Shown: positions 19,491 to 30,398, numbered from the stretch's first letter. The stretch is DNA of 64,000 nt from Candidatus Latescibacterota bacterium (GCA_965207885.1 OZ242311.1:6016001-6080000); one strand, 5' to 3'. The notes: generated by a model from the letters alone, not told the origin. Program-made: numbers and translations.

Positions 19491-21971
19491 TTAATTTCCA
19501 TACCGGAAGCGCACTTCGCGTTCAATGCTCTTGCCACTGATTAGATCGGTTACGATGATTTCGAGTGCGTTGACACCGGGTCTGACTTTGTTGAGTACGA
19601 TTTCGACGTATTCGCGCTCGTCGGCGTCGCGTCCCGTGAGTTCGTTGGTGATGGCCACCTGGGGTTTGCTGGTTCTAAAGATGGTACGCAACCCCGTGGC
19701 CACTGCGCCAAATACACCAACGGCGGGCATGGCACTGGAGCGAATGCGGTATTCGGTTTTGTAGCGGGTTTGTCCAAAGGTGTCTTTGGTCAGATTGTAG
19801 ATTTCAAAGTAGGCATAGACATTTTGCTTTATAGCATAACTGCGCGTGGGTATGGGAATGATCCACACGTCTTCTTTTAGGAATTTTGTTGCGCCTTCTT
19901 CTGCAATGTTCGAGGCCAGTTGAATTTCGCTGACCTGAAGCTCTGGGATCTGGTAGTCTCTGACCTGGAGTTCTTGCCGGTAGAGACCGGTGCGTCCAGA
20001 GATGAGGTCTTTCATTTGTACTTGAAGTTCGTATTTGCCGGGCGGTACCTGTGTCTTGATGATTTCAGGCACAAAAGCACCCTGTTCGGTTGTGTTGGGT
20101 ACCTGTGCGCCGCGATACGCGAACTCATCGGTTGTGCGATAGATGGATGTGTGACCTTCATTTGCCAGCGCAACGGCCAATTGTACGTGTATGAAACTCG
20201 AATCAGCTTCTTGCTCTATTTCGACCTGCTCGGGCGGGATGCCGTAATAAATCTCGAGATTGGTTTGCCCGTCGGGTCCGCGGAAGTGCGCCAGATCATA
20301 GTAGAAATTGAGTATGTCGCCGGGAAGTCCAGGGCGATAAAAGTCGGGCGAAGTCGATACAGCTTGCTGATAGATGACTTCGGGCATGTGTTCGGTCATG
20401 CGGGCGATATACGCGATGGCGTCGGGATCTTCGGTTGTGGCGTCGGGCAGTGGGGCAAAGTCATAGCGTCCATTGCCCCATTCGTCGGTAAAGGTAATCT
20501 CTATGCCCCCATTGATCTGAATATAGGTCCAGGTTTCCCAGGGCACGGTATCAATTTCACTGCCAATGGTAACAGGTGAAAAGCGGCCAAATTGCAAGCG
20601 GGTGTTGAGTTGCCCGGTTTGCTCATCGAGGACGCTTCCGATGGTGCCATCGCGTTCAAATGGATTGCGCTCAAAACCGAGTCTGAAGTCCGCAGCCTCA
20701 CCGCCTTCGGCCTCGGGGAGTTCGGCCATACTTTCATCGGCAGCTTCGCCGGCTTCTTCGGCCGTAAAATTCTCATCGGCGATGTCCATAGGATCGTCTT
20801 GTTCAAAGAGGGAGCCTGTTTCGCGGCTGGTGCGAATGGGAAAGACGGGACCTGTGAAGGTGAAGAAGGCCGCTTCAGGACCGTAGATGTCAACGGCCAT
20901 CTGTGTGCGCACGCGCTCCACTTCGGCGGTCTGGACAAAGTTGCGATCATTGGAGCGCGAGCGGTAGTCGGGTTCGCCATATCGAATATAAACAGCACCT
21001 CGCTCATCCCAGGGATAGACATTGGACGAATAATAGGTGCGCGCATACCAGGTGCGGCGGTAGTGTTCGATGACGCGCTCGTTGAGTTTGGTGAGGATGT
21101 CTGGGTCGCGCCGTGCCCAGAATTGCTCGCGATATGCCTGTTGTTCGGGTCCCGGTGTGGCGGCGCGGTATTCCTGGAGTTCTGTATCTGAGGCAATGTA
21201 GGCAATATCGGTGTAGTGTGCGCGTTCACTGCCTTCGATGTTGGCGAGATAGCGCTCGAAGAGTTCGAGGGCTTTTTGCGCCTCGTCGTTGTAAAAATAA
21301 CCCTGTGCAACAATGGGCAAGAGCGGAACGACGTCGGGATTTGCCGAGAGGTAGGGGGCAATATGTTCGAGAATTTTGTCAAATGCTTTGGCCTGTACAC
21401 AGGCTAAACCGTAATAATAAAGGCCCTCGGGATTGTCGGGTTCAAGTTCGACGTATTTCTGATAATACTGCATAGCCCTGGTGTGGTCTTCTTGAAATCG
21501 CTCATAGACTTCGCCGAGCAAGCGATAGGCCGGACCGTAGTTGGGATCGAGTTTGGTGGCGCGCTTGGCTTCGCGGATGGCTCTACGAAAATTGTAATAA
21601 GATTGCATTCCCCGCGTGGGTGCTTCGGCATATGTAAGGCCAAGTCCGACATAGGCTTCGACGAGGTTTTTGTCGAATTTTTTGGCTGTTTTGAAGGCGC
21701 CTTCAGCTTCTTTGTATTCTTTCCGTTTGAGATAGATATAACCCAGTTGGGAATACACATGGGCGTCTTCGGGGAAAAGTTCTAAAATGCGTTGGAGAGT
21801 GGCCATGGCCTCGTTGATTTCACCAGCTTGAATCTGACGCTGACCCAGGGCAAACATCGTATTTCGGTAGGTTGTGTCTTGTGGAGGCGTTTCATCTTCT
21901 TCTGCAAAAAGAGGCAACGCAATGCAAGATGCACAGCAGACAACCATCCAGAACCGCAATCCAATTTTCAT
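19491..21971 (-). CDS. TPR plus GWxTD-domain secreted protein
   Basis: Start reassigned to ATG 21971 (signal peptide MKIGLRF...). TPR repeats; FWARRDP...EHYRRTWYA...PWDERGAVYIRYGEPD. Confidence 0.8.
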   Translation of the reverse strand: MKIGLRFWMVVCCASCIALPLFAEEDETPPQDTTYRNTMFALGQRQIQAGEINEAMATLQRILELFPEDAHVYSQLGYIYLKRKEYKEAEGAFKTAKKFDKNLVEAYVGLGLTYAEAPTRGMQSYYNFRRAIREAKRATKLDPNYGPAYRLLGEVYERFQEDHTRAMQYYQKYVELEPDNPEGLYYYGLACVQAKAFDKILEHIAPYLSANPDVVPLLPIVAQGYFYNDEAQKALELFERYLANIEGSERAHYTDIAYIASDTELQEYRAATPGPEQQAYREQFWARRDPDILTKLNERVIEHYRRTWYARTYYSSNVYPWDERGAVYIRYGEPDYRSRSNDRNFVQTAEVERVRTQMAVDIYGPEAAFFTFTGPVFPIRTSRETGSLFEQDDPMDIADENFTAEEAGEAADESMAELPEAEGGEAADFRLGFERNPFERDGTIGSVLDEQTGQLNTRLQFGRFSPVTIGSEIDTVPWETWTYIQINGGIEITFTDEWGNGRYDFAPLPDATTEDPDAIAYIARMTEHMPEVIYQQAVSTSPDFYRPGLPGDILNFYYDLAHFRGPDGQTNLEIYYGIPPEQVEIEQEADSSFIHVQLAVALANEGHTSIYRTTDEFAYRGAQVPNTTEQGAFVPEIIKTQVPPGKYELQVQMKDLISGRTGLYRQELQVRDYQIPELQVSEIQLASNIAEEGATKFLKEDVWIIPIPTRSYAIKQNVYAYFEIYNLTKDTFGQTRYKTEYRIRSSAMPAVGVFGAVATGLRTIFRTSKPQVAITNELTGRDADEREYVEIVLNKVRPGVNALEIIVTDLISGKSIEREVRFRYGN

Positions 21972-22215
21972 GGTGTTCTCCCGATGGAAAAGTCGGAGGA
22001 CCAGATGTGTTTTAACATTTGTTATTATATTGTAAGGCAATGTCTTTGTCAATAGATTCCAATCGGTTAAACCTCATATGTGAGACTATGTTGATAACGC
22101 TTGACCGATGGGTCGGTTCCGCTTTTTGCGATTCGGTACTTTTCCCTTTAAAAAAAGAGTCTTATGTTGAGTCAAAGGGCGAGAATTGGAGCTAAATCAT
22201 TTTGGAGGCGATTTT

Positions 22216-23535
22216 ATGCGGTATCGCTTTTGTTGGATTGTCGCATTTTGGGGGCTGATTTTTGAAGGTGTTTCCGCAGATGCAATAGGAATTCCATTGG
22301 ACTTGTCTGCGATACTGGGTTCTGTAACGGTTGAGCAGGAGCAGAGGCAACGCTATAATATACAGCCTCGCATACGCATTGGGGACTTGTCTGCGGCTTT
22401 TGATCTGGAGATTTTTTTGGATCATGAGGGGCGTATTCGGGATAGTGGCTGGGATTTTTCGAGTCGCCGAAGAGGGATAGAGAGTTTGTTGCGAAAAATT
22501 CACTACGTGCGCTATGGAGATATCGATGATCGCAATCGGCGGCTGTCTGTACATGTCGGTGCTTTAGAATGGGTGACATTGGGCACGGGGCTGGTGATGC
22601 GCAACTATCGCAATACGCACGGTTCACCGGGGATAAAACGCGCGGGTTTGGACATGAGAATTCGCCATGTTTTCAGGCGTTTGACAGTGCGCGCCCTGAT
22701 CGGCAATTTGCTGGATTTAGAAGGCGGTGGACCAGTTTTTGGAGGGCGCGCCGAGTTTCAACCGGTTCCGCTATTGGATATGGGTGTCACAGCGGTTGTG
22801 GATGCAGATCAACTCAGCGGCCTGCCCGATTCAATTCGCGCAGATCTGCCGCGCGATGCGTTTGCAACCGCGAGTGTTGATGTGGGCTATCCGTTTATCG
22901 ATAGGCGACATCTAAGGGCGAGGCTGTATGCGGGTGCTGGGCGAATTCTGGATGAGGATAGTGGTACGGGTCTCGCTTTGCCCGGTGTGATGGTTGATGC
23001 AGGACCGGCGCGATTGCAGGTTGAGTATCGATGGGTGAACGGTCGGTTTCAGGCCGGGCATTTTGACGCGCTCTACGATGTCAATCGCGCGATTGTCGAT
23101 CCGGGTACGGGGGCTATTACCACGCGCGAGGCCACGTTGCAGTCCGCGTCGATGCAAGGGGTGTTTGGCAGTGCTCTTGTGAGATTTTACGGCATTTTTG
23201 TGGCGAGTGGTTCCTATCAACACTTGCGCGGAGATGTCGGCGATGCCCAAATTGTGGAAGGTCGCGCGGGTATGATACCAGAATTTTTGGAACAGATACC
23301 CAAAATAAAAAAAGTAACACGGGCAGAGGGGTATTTCGAGAAACGCTTTCGGAATGTCAGCCTGAGAAGCTTGTTCGATGGTACGCCCAATACGCGGTTT
23401 GGATATGTGGTCGCGCTGGAACCCGTAAAGAATACGGTGGTGATAATGGAGGCCGAATTTACTTATCTTCCAGACGGCTCCGGCGGATTTAGGCGCGAAC
23501 GGATTTTGAATATTCAGACAAAGATACAGCTTTAA
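22216..23535 (+). CDS. Hypothetical exported protein, probable outer-membrane beta-barrel
   Basis: GGAGG RBS, signal peptide, alternating beta-strand pattern, C-terminus IQTKIQL. Confidence 0.65.
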   Translation: MRYRFCWIVAFWGLIFEGVSADAIGIPLDLSAILGSVTVEQEQRQRYNIQPRIRIGDLSAAFDLEIFLDHEGRIRDSGWDFSSRRRGIESLLRKIHYVRYGDIDDRNRRLSVHVGALEWVTLGTGLVMRNYRNTHGSPGIKRAGLDMRIRHVFRRLTVRALIGNLLDLEGGGPVFGGRAEFQPVPLLDMGVTAVVDADQLSGLPDSIRADLPRDAFATASVDVGYPFIDRRHLRARLYAGAGRILDEDSGTGLALPGVMVDAGPARLQVEYRWVNGRFQAGHFDALYDVNRAIVDPGTGAITTREATLQSASMQGVFGSALVRFYGIFVASGSYQHLRGDVGDAQIVEGRAGMIPEFLEQIPKIKKVTRAEGYFEKRFRNVSLRSLFDGTPNTRFGYVVALEPVKNTVVIMEAEFTYLPDGSGGFRRERILNIQTKIQL

Positions 23536-23540
23536 GTTGT

Positions 23541-26500
23541 TTAGAATCCCTCAAACTGGCTCAGGTCTGCAATGCCGTCGGGCAGGGCGGCGATGTGCTG
23601 GGCGAGGGCGAGGCGCGATTGCTTGAGGTCGGGATCATCGACCATGATGAACACGTCTTCGAAGAAGCGGTTGATGGGGTCGCGCAATTCGGTCATGACC
23701 TGGATCAGGGCGGTGAGTTTGTCGTCGGCTGTGTCCATTGTTTTGCGCGCGGCGAGATAGGCTTTGTGCAGTGCATTGGAAGCTTCTTCGGGGTCGCGGT
23801 CGGGATTGAGGTCGTAGTTTTCCGAGAGGTCGCGCACAATGCGTTTGCACCGCGCATGGGCGTGCAGGATATCGAGCCATTGATCGGAATGGATTTGCGC
23901 GGTAAATGCCCGGGCAATCCGCTGGATTTGATAGGGGTCGTCCAGGTTCGCCGCAATCGCAGCGGAAATCGCGTCGTGGCGCAGGCCTTCGTCTCGAAGG
24001 ACGACTTCGAGGCGGCGGATGATGTAGTCAAAGGCTTCGTCAATGGCTTCTCGTTTGACCACAACGGGCAGGTGAACGGCGGCTGTGTTGAGGCTCTGGC
24101 GAAGTGAAAAATGCATTTTGTAACCGAGGAGATTTGAAAGCAGTCCCAGGGTATCGCGTCTGAGACCATAGGGATCGGCATTTGAGCGGGGTTTGATGCC
24201 CACGCCAAAAAGACCGGCGAGGCTGTCGAGACGGTCGGCAATTGAGACGGCGAGGCCAGGTTGTGTTTGGGGCAGGGCGTCGCCCGGGAAGCGCGGGTGG
24301 TAATGGTCTTCAATGGCGCGCGCAACGGCTTTCGTTTCGCCTGAAGACAGGGCGTAATAGCGGCCCATGATGCCTTGCAGGGAGGTCATTTCGACGACCA
24401 TGCTGGTCGCCAGGTCGGCTTTGCACAATACGGCTGCGCGCAGAGCCGCTTTTTTATTTTCTCCACGAAGTTCAAGCGCATCAGATAAGTCGTTGACGAG
24501 TTTTTCAATGCGGCGGGTTTTGTCGCGCATGGAGCCGAGTTTTTCTTGAAAGGTGAGGGTGTCGAGGCGCGTGAGAAAGTCGCCGAGTTTTTTGGTTGTG
24601 TCGTCTTCGTAAAAAAATCTGGCGTCGGCATATCGGGCGCGTATGACGTTTTCATTGCCTTTGACGACGAGGTCGGGGTCGTCGGGTATTCCGTTGCACA
24701 CGGTGATGAAACTGGGTTTGAGGTTGCCTTTTTCGTCGAGTACCGGGAAGTATCGCTGGTGTTTTTTCATGACGGCGATGAGCATTTCACGGGGTAGGGA
24801 AAGGCGCGCGCTTTCAAAGGTGCCACAAAGCGCGTGCGGGGCTTCGACGAGGTCGGTGACTTCGTCGAGGAGGTCGGGATCTTCGGGCACGTTGCCGTCT
24901 ATTTTTTTGGCGAGTGTTTCAACTTGTTTTTTAATGGTTTCCCGTCGTTTGTCGCGGTTGACTGCGATGCCGTGTTTTTGCATTTGCGCGCGATAGTCAG
25001 TAGCAGAAGCGATTTCGATTTTTGGCGAGGCATTGGGGCGCAGCCCGCGGCTCGTGCGTCCTGCTGTTGTGCGCGCATAAGTGAATGGGATGATTTGATC
25101 GCCAAAGAGGGCGACAATCCAGCGGAGGGGACGCGGATATGCGATGCCTTCGGAATTCCAGCGCATGGTTTTGCCAAAGCTGAGTTTGGCGATGAGTTCG
25201 GGCAGCAGTTCAGAGAGGATTTCCTGGGTTTTGCGCCCGTATATGGTGATGCCCGCCCAGACGTAGTCGTCGCGCTGTTCCACGTCTGATGGATCAATGC
25301 CCTGTCCGCGGGCGAATCCCTGAAGTGCTCGGGTGGGGTTGCCGTCATTGTCATAGGAGATGCGGATGGCCGGTCCGCGCGCTTGTCTGATTTCATCGGG
25401 TTGCCGTCCCTGTAAATTTTTGACGATGGCATATTGCCTGCGCGGCGTGGCGCTGACTTCGATGCTGTCGTACGAGAGCTTTATTTCGTCGAGGTGTTCG
25501 GGCAGCAATTTTTCGAGTTGTGCTATGGCGCTGACCACATCGGCAGGTGGCAGTTCTTCAGAGCCGATTTCGAGCAGGAGATCGGCGGTATCTACTTCGG
25601 GCAGGTCGTCGGCTTTGGATACCAGTGGGGGTTCGTCCTTTGATGGTTCTACAAGGGGATGTCCCTGGTCTGCGCGCTGTTTGAGATATGCTTCGGCTAT
25701 TTGGCGCGAGAGGTCGCGCATTTGGGCGAAGAAACGGGCGCGTTCGGTTACGCCAATTGCGCCGCGCGTGTCGAGTAGATTAAAGGTGTGTGAGCAGCGA
25801 ATGACGTAGTCGTGTGCGGGTATGACGAGGTCGCGGTCGAGGGCTGCCTGGGCTTCGGCTAAAAAGATGTCGTACATGGATTTGAGGCGGTTGACGTCGG
25901 CCCAGTAGAACTCGTAGTTGCAGTATTCTATTTCTTGTTTTTTGAGGATGTCGCCATACGTCACGGTGTCGTTCCACTGTAGTTTCCAGACTTCATCCAC
26001 GCCTTGAAGGTACATGGCAATGCGTTCGAGTCCGTAGGTGATTTCAACGGCTACGGGATCGAGTTGCATGCCGCCAGCTTGCTGGAAATAGGTAAATTGC
26101 GTGATTTCCATGCCGTCTAACCACACTTCCCATCCCAGGCCCCAGGCCCCCAGAGCGGGGGATTCCCAGTTGTCTTCGACAAAGCGGATGTCGTGCGCTT
26201 TGCAATCGAGACCCAGTGCTTCGAGACTTTTGAGATATAGTTCCTGCGGGTTGCCGGGGTCGGGTTTGAGGATGACCTGATACTGGGTGTGCATTTGCAT
26301 GCGGTTGGGGTTTTCACCAAAGCGCCCGTCGTCGGGGCGGTAGGAGGGTTCAACATAGGCGACGTTCCACGGTTCGGGTCCGAGGACGCGCAGAACCGTG
26401 GCGGCGTTCATGGTGCCTGCGCCCACTTTTTCGCTGTAGGGTTGCCATATTATGCAGCCGTTGTCGGCCCAGAAGCGCTCAAGGCGCATGATCAGGTCTT

Positions 26501-26561
26501 GAAAATTCAGGTGGTTACTCACGGTTGGTTCCTCAATTGGTGGATCGCGATCAGCGGTCAA
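23541..26561 (-). CDS. glyQS: Glycine--tRNA ligase, fused alpha and beta subunits
   Basis: [48 protein letters not shown] (alpha) continuous with [23 protein letters not shown] (beta). Exact start uncertain. Confidence 0.93.
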   Translation of the reverse strand: MTADRDPPIEEPTVSNHLNFQDLIMRLERFWADNGCIIWQPYSEKVGAGTMNAATVLRVLGPEPWNVAYVEPSYRPDDGRFGENPNRMQMHTQYQVILKPDPGNPQELYLKSLEALGLDCKAHDIRFVEDNWESPALGAWGLGWEVWLDGMEITQFTYFQQAGGMQLDPVAVEITYGLERIAMYLQGVDEVWKLQWNDTVTYGDILKKQEIEYCNYEFYWADVNRLKSMYDIFLAEAQAALDRDLVIPAHDYVIRCSHTFNLLDTRGAIGVTERARFFAQMRDLSRQIAEAYLKQRADQGHPLVEPSKDEPPLVSKADDLPEVDTADLLLEIGSEELPPADVVSAIAQLEKLLPEHLDEIKLSYDSIEVSATPRRQYAIVKNLQGRQPDEIRQARGPAIRISYDNDGNPTRALQGFARGQGIDPSDVEQRDDYVWAGITIYGRKTQEILSELLPELIAKLSFGKTMRWNSEGIAYPRPLRWIVALFGDQIIPFTYARTTAGRTSRGLRPNASPKIEIASATDYRAQMQKHGIAVNRDKRRETIKKQVETLAKKIDGNVPEDPDLLDEVTDLVEAPHALCGTFESARLSLPREMLIAVMKKHQRYFPVLDEKGNLKPSFITVCNGIPDDPDLVVKGNENVIRARYADARFFYEDDTTKKLGDFLTRLDTLTFQEKLGSMRDKTRRIEKLVNDLSDALELRGENKKAALRAAVLCKADLATSMVVEMTSLQGIMGRYYALSSGETKAVARAIEDHYHPRFPGDALPQTQPGLAVSIADRLDSLAGLFGVGIKPRSNADPYGLRRDTLGLLSNLLGYKMHFSLRQSLNTAAVHLPVVVKREAIDEAFDYIIRRLEVVLRDEGLRHDAISAAIAANLDDPYQIQRIARAFTAQIHSDQWLDILHAHARCKRIVRDLSENYDLNPDRDPEEASNALHKAYLAARKTMDTADDKLTALIQVMTELRDPINRFFEDVFIMVDDPDLKQSRLALAQHIAALPDGIADLSQFEGF

Positions 26562-26666
26562 AGGTCAAATGATACTCTGATTTTGGGTTTGTGTCAACTT
26601 GTGGTCGGTTTTCACGCGTTTTTTCTTCTTGCAAAAGCCGTTTTTCTCGCCTATATTTTGGGACAA

Positions 26667-26730
26667 ATGACGACTGACAAAATAAATAGATTGAATACAA
26701 ACGCTCCCTCATAAGGGGGCGTTTTTTTTT
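26667..26730 (+). promoter_or_regulatory. Putative pyrB attenuator: 15-aa leader ORF ending in the loop of an intrinsic terminator
   Basis: ATG 26667 to TAA 26714 (MTTDKINRLNTNAPS); hairpin ACGCTCCC-TCATAA-GGGGGCGT plus T9 just before the pyrB RBS; TATATT at 26652. Confidence 0.55.
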
Positions 26731-26746
26731 ACGCGGAGGGTAAGAT

Positions 26747-27673
26747 ATGGATAGTCTGTTTCACGTGCTTGAGGCGCAGCAATTTAGCCGAGATGTTATG
26801 AATGAGATTTTTGACGTGACGCGCGAGATGGAGCATGTGGTCAGCCGTTATGGTTCGAATATTTTGAATCGGCGGATTATGGCGACTTTGTTTTACGAAC
26901 CGAGTACGCGCACGCGGTTGTCTTTTGAGGCGGCGATGTATCGCCTGGGCGGCGAGGTGATTACGACGGAGAGCGCGCAGGAGTTTTCTTCGGCGGCAAA
27001 GGGTGAGACGCTGGAGGATACGATCCGTATTGTAGAGGGGTATTCCGATGTGATTGTGTTGCGGCACTACGAGGGTGGCTCTGCGCGGCGGGCAGCAGAT
27101 GCGGCGTCGGTTCCCATTATCAATGCGGGTGACGGGCCTGGGCAGCATCCCACGCAGGCGCTTTTGGATGTGTACACGATTCAGAAGGAGATCGGCAGGT
27201 TAGATGGTATTCGCGTGGCATTGGTCGGCGATCTGGCAAATGGTCGCACGGCGCGGTCGCTGGCTTATTTGTTGACGAAGTACGAAGGTGTGAAGTTGTA
27301 TTTTGTCGCGCCAACTGTTGTGCGTATGAGAGATGATATCAAGGCGTATCTGACAGAACACGGGGTGGTGTTTGAGGAAGAAGAAGATCTTATGAGCGTG
27401 ATGTCGAAGGTGGATGTGGTGTATCAGACGCGGATTCAGCGCGAGCGGTTTGGCGACCGGATAGAAGATTACGAGCGGGCGCGGGGAAAATATATTATCG
27501 ATGTGGAGACGATGTCGGCGCTTTCGGAGAATGCGATTGTGATGCATCCCCTGCCCCGGGTGGATGAGATTGATCCGGCTGTTGATACAGATCCCCGCGC
27601 TGCGTATTTTCGCCAGGCACATAACGGTGTTTTTATTCGTATGGCGCTGTTGCAGATGGTGTTGGGGATGTGA
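26747..27673 (+). CDS. pyrB: Aspartate carbamoyltransferase catalytic subunit
   Basis: FYEPSTRTRLSFE, KGETLEDT, NAGDG.GQHPTQALLD, MHPLPR. Confidence 0.96.
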   Translation: MDSLFHVLEAQQFSRDVMNEIFDVTREMEHVVSRYGSNILNRRIMATLFYEPSTRTRLSFEAAMYRLGGEVITTESAQEFSSAAKGETLEDTIRIVEGYSDVIVLRHYEGGSARRAADAASVPIINAGDGPGQHPTQALLDVYTIQKEIGRLDGIRVALVGDLANGRTARSLAYLLTKYEGVKLYFVAPTVVRMRDDIKAYLTEHGVVFEEEEDLMSVMSKVDVVYQTRIQRERFGDRIEDYERARGKYIIDVETMSALSENAIVMHPLPRVDEIDPAVDTDPRAAYFRQAHNGVFIRMALLQMVLGM

Positions 27674-27682
27674 TGAGGGAGT

Positions 27683-28108
27683 TTAAGGTCGCGTCTCCTG
27701 ATCTCTTTCAAATATCATGAGTACGATAGAATCAGAGAGCGATTCTGTTACGGCAATCCGGCTCTGGTTGTTGTAGAAAAATCCCGAAAAATTTCTTCCT
27801 GACGTGGAAAACGTAATTTCAAGTTTCGAATTGATAGCGTAGTTTCCATCTATCTCCCAAATACTCTGGTCTGGACTGCCAAAGCTCGCAGACAAGCGAT
27901 AGGTTCTGTCGGGGTTTAATTCGATAAATCCAGTGGGTGGATTTTCTTCCGCCTCATGATTTCGATAGATCTGAGCGTGTCCAATTCCCGTGTCAACTTT
28001 AACCGCCTGCAATGTGTAGATCCCCGCCACTGCCTGTGGCGATGTGGGCGATTCCGCGCCACAGGTAATCAAGAGCAATCCCAGAAATATAATTGCGATC
28101 CGTTTCAT
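27683..28108 (-). CDS. Hypothetical lipoprotein (lipocalin-like)
   Basis: Start ATG 28108; MKRIAIIFLGLLLITC lipobox-like N-terminus. Confidence 0.6.
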   Translation of the reverse strand: MKRIAIIFLGLLLITCGAESPTSPQAVAGIYTLQAVKVDTGIGHAQIYRNHEAEENPPTGFIELNPDRTYRLSASFGSPDQSIWEIDGNYAINSKLEITFSTSGRNFSGFFYNNQSRIAVTESLSDSIVLMIFERDQETRP

Positions 28109-28146
28109 GACAGCCGGTCTCCAGGTGCCTTTTTTCCTGGATGTGT

Positions 28147-28200
28147 ACAATTTTTAGCTAAATTCTGTTGAAATTATGACAATTTTTAGCTAAATTCTGT
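28147..28200 (+). repeat. Tandem 22-bp direct repeat with palindromic core, probable operator pair
   Basis: ACAATTTTTAGCTAAATTCTGT at 28147 and 28179; core TTTAGCTAAA is palindromic. Confidence 0.7.
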
Positions 28201-28217
28201 CGAAAGAGGATAAAAGC

Positions 28218-29546
28218 ATGATAAAAAGAGATCTGGAAAAACGTCTGATTGCATATCTATCTCGTCGCGTTGAACATTCGAATGTCGCCCTGTTAGAAGG
28301 CGCGCGGCAGGTTGGTAAGACCACGCTTATAGAATCTATCAGGCCGAAACTCGACCGCGAGATCCTCTATTTGAATTTAGAGGAGAACAGCCGCGCGGTT
28401 CACGATCTCAATTCTTGCAGGGATTTTGCAGATTTTGAGACGTATCTTGCGACTGTGTATCAGTTCAAGGGCGACGGTCAGCGCATTTTGTGTATTGATG
28501 AGGCGCAAGAGAGTTCTGTGCTGGGTGGGTTTGTGCGCTTTATGAAAGAAAAATGGCAGCACACACCGGTTATTCTTACGGGTAGTTCTATGTCGCGTAT
28601 CTTCGGGCCGGAGACGCGCTTTCCCGTTGGAAGAGTTACGCGATTTTTGCTACAACCCTTCAGTTTTAGAGAGTTTCTTCGTTGTGGAAAAGAAGAAGAG
28701 TTGCTCGCTTTTGAAGATCCCTTCCAGATACCCCTGTTTTTGCATGAACGCCTTCTCAAATACGTGCAGTCGTATCTCGATGTGGGAGGGCTACCGGCGG
28801 TTGCCTCATCGTTTTTTGACCAGATGGATTGGCGGCAGTTGCGTCGAGATTTGTATCTCGACTATCGCAGTGATTTTGCCAGGATTTTTTCGGCTACCGA
28901 AGCCTCTTTATTCGATCAGTGTTTGCGCGGTGTGGCATCAAATCTCGGTAGCCCAAGCAAGTACGCGCAGATGGTTCGGACGACGTCAGCTCTTTATAGA
29001 AGGGTACCGGATTTTCTGGAATTGCTCGAGTCGTGGAAGCTGATTTACAAGTCCAATATCCAGGGTACACGCCCAGAGCAACAGGGCTTTTCGCCCAAGC
29101 GCTATCTTTACGATCCGGGATTGGCCAATGATTTGCGGCTGACAGCGCTGCCGCGTATCGATATTCTCTCAAGTCTCGATGCCGCTCAGCGCGCGCCCCT
29201 TGGGGGTATTATTGAGAATATGCTGGCGACTGAACTCGTGGTATTGGGACAGGATTTGACGGGTTGGAAAAAGGGTGTTAACAGTTCTGAAGTCGATTTT
29301 ATTTTTCGCACGGCATTGGGCAATACCATACCCATCGAGTGCAAAGCGTCTCTTGTCACAAGGCCGCGGGATACACGTGGTCTGTCAGAATACGCTGCGC
29401 GGCATGGGAGCAATCTGGGCATTCTCGTCAATCTCGATATGCCAGGGAAACTCACGACATCTTCAGGGCTAAATATGATTCACATACCGGTTTATCTAAT
29501 TGATTGGCTTGGTGAAGTAATAGAAAGTGAGACGGAGAGTTCTTAA
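28218..29546 (+). CDS. AAA_14 ATPase with DUF4143 and C-terminal PD-(D/E)xK-like domain
   Basis: GARQVGKTT, CIDEAQ, LTGSS, VGGLPA, KRYLYDPGL, EVDFI...IPIECK. Confidence 0.88.
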   Translation: MIKRDLEKRLIAYLSRRVEHSNVALLEGARQVGKTTLIESIRPKLDREILYLNLEENSRAVHDLNSCRDFADFETYLATVYQFKGDGQRILCIDEAQESSVLGGFVRFMKEKWQHTPVILTGSSMSRIFGPETRFPVGRVTRFLLQPFSFREFLRCGKEEELLAFEDPFQIPLFLHERLLKYVQSYLDVGGLPAVASSFFDQMDWRQLRRDLYLDYRSDFARIFSATEASLFDQCLRGVASNLGSPSKYAQMVRTTSALYRRVPDFLELLESWKLIYKSNIQGTRPEQQGFSPKRYLYDPGLANDLRLTALPRIDILSSLDAAQRAPLGGIIENMLATELVVLGQDLTGWKKGVNSSEVDFIFRTALGNTIPIECKASLVTRPRDTRGLSEYAARHGSNLGILVNLDMPGKLTTSSGLNMIHIPVYLIDWLGEVIESETESS

Positions 29547-29573
29547 TCATCAATCAACCCCATCAATAGCGCC

Positions 29574-29680
29574 GTCATCGCGGTATGGTGTTGAGCCGCG
29601 ATCCAGAAGGTTTTGTAGGGGACGGTCCCCGTGCCGTCCCGTGTGTCATCGCGGTATGATGTTGAGCCGCGATCCAGAAG
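29574..29680. repeat. Composite REP cluster: two 36-bp GTCATC-type palindromes flanking a GTAG REP
   Basis: GTCATCGCGGTATG(G/A)TGTTGAGCCGCGATCCAGAAG at 29574 and 29645; GTAGGGGACGGTCCCCGTGCCGTCCC at 29615. Confidence 0.7.
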
Positions 29681-29692
29681 TGTCCAGAACGA

Positions 29693-30391
29693 TTATGACA
29701 GATCTTTCCATTCGTCAATGGTCGGTGTATTGATATCTTCGCGATAGATGACTTTGCCCTGAATGGCACTGCACACTTCTTCAGCCGGTATAGGAATAGA
29801 ACCGAGTTCTATAAGGTGGGCATTGTCCGGTGAGTCCAGGACGAATACCGGCTTGTTTTGAGCGAGTGCGTCTTTGCATAGCGTCTCTGTTTTGCCACCC
29901 GGTTCTGCGTGGGCGATGAGGATGCAGTCGGTGAGTGCAGCGATGTGTGCGTTGCGCCGGGCTGCTATGGCTGCGGTTGGGCGATGGATGTTGCCGTTGA
30001 AAAAGGAAAGGATTAGTAGGCGTCCTTCGGCGAGCGGTTTCTTCCAGTTTTTCGGCGTTCGCATGCGGCTGAGTCCCCGTGCCGGGCAGACGACAACGGG
30101 AGCCGTACCCCGCAACAACAGATCCAGACACTCCTTCTCCATTGGCGACTGAAAACCGCCGATGATCGTCGCGTCTGTATCTCGTAACGTCCGTGAGAGA
30201 TCGTAGGTCTTGAGGATTGTATCGCCGGGAGCGCGCACCGAACAGAAGAAGCTGAGCAATGTACTGTCGAGTACATTGAGGTTGCCCTGCGCTGTGACCG
30301 TCAATAGCTGCCCATTATCGGAACAACGCCGTAATGCCGCTGGATAGTCAGGAGTATTGGGCGTTAAAAGTATTTTGTTCTCAGGATTCAT
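29693..30391 (-). CDS. DprA/Smf-like Rossmann-fold protein (short, no wHTH)
   Basis: YP..L....GNL.VL, FFCSVRAPG, IIGGFQSPMEKECL, RRNA.IAAL, AEPGGKTE. Confidence 0.7.
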   Translation of the reverse strand: MNPENKILLTPNTPDYPAALRRCSDNGQLLTVTAQGNLNVLDSTLLSFFCSVRAPGDTILKTYDLSRTLRDTDATIIGGFQSPMEKECLDLLLRGTAPVVVCPARGLSRMRTPKNWKKPLAEGRLLILSFFNGNIHRPTAAIAARRNAHIAALTDCILIAHAEPGGKTETLCKDALAQNKPVFVLDSPDNAHLIELGSIPIPAEEVCSAIQGKVIYREDINTPTIDEWKDLS

Positions 30392-30398
30392 AGCAAAT

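Noticed and set aside
29574-29680. Mini CRISPR array
   Set aside because: Only two repeats, the spacer is itself a REP, and there are no cas genes or leader in the window.
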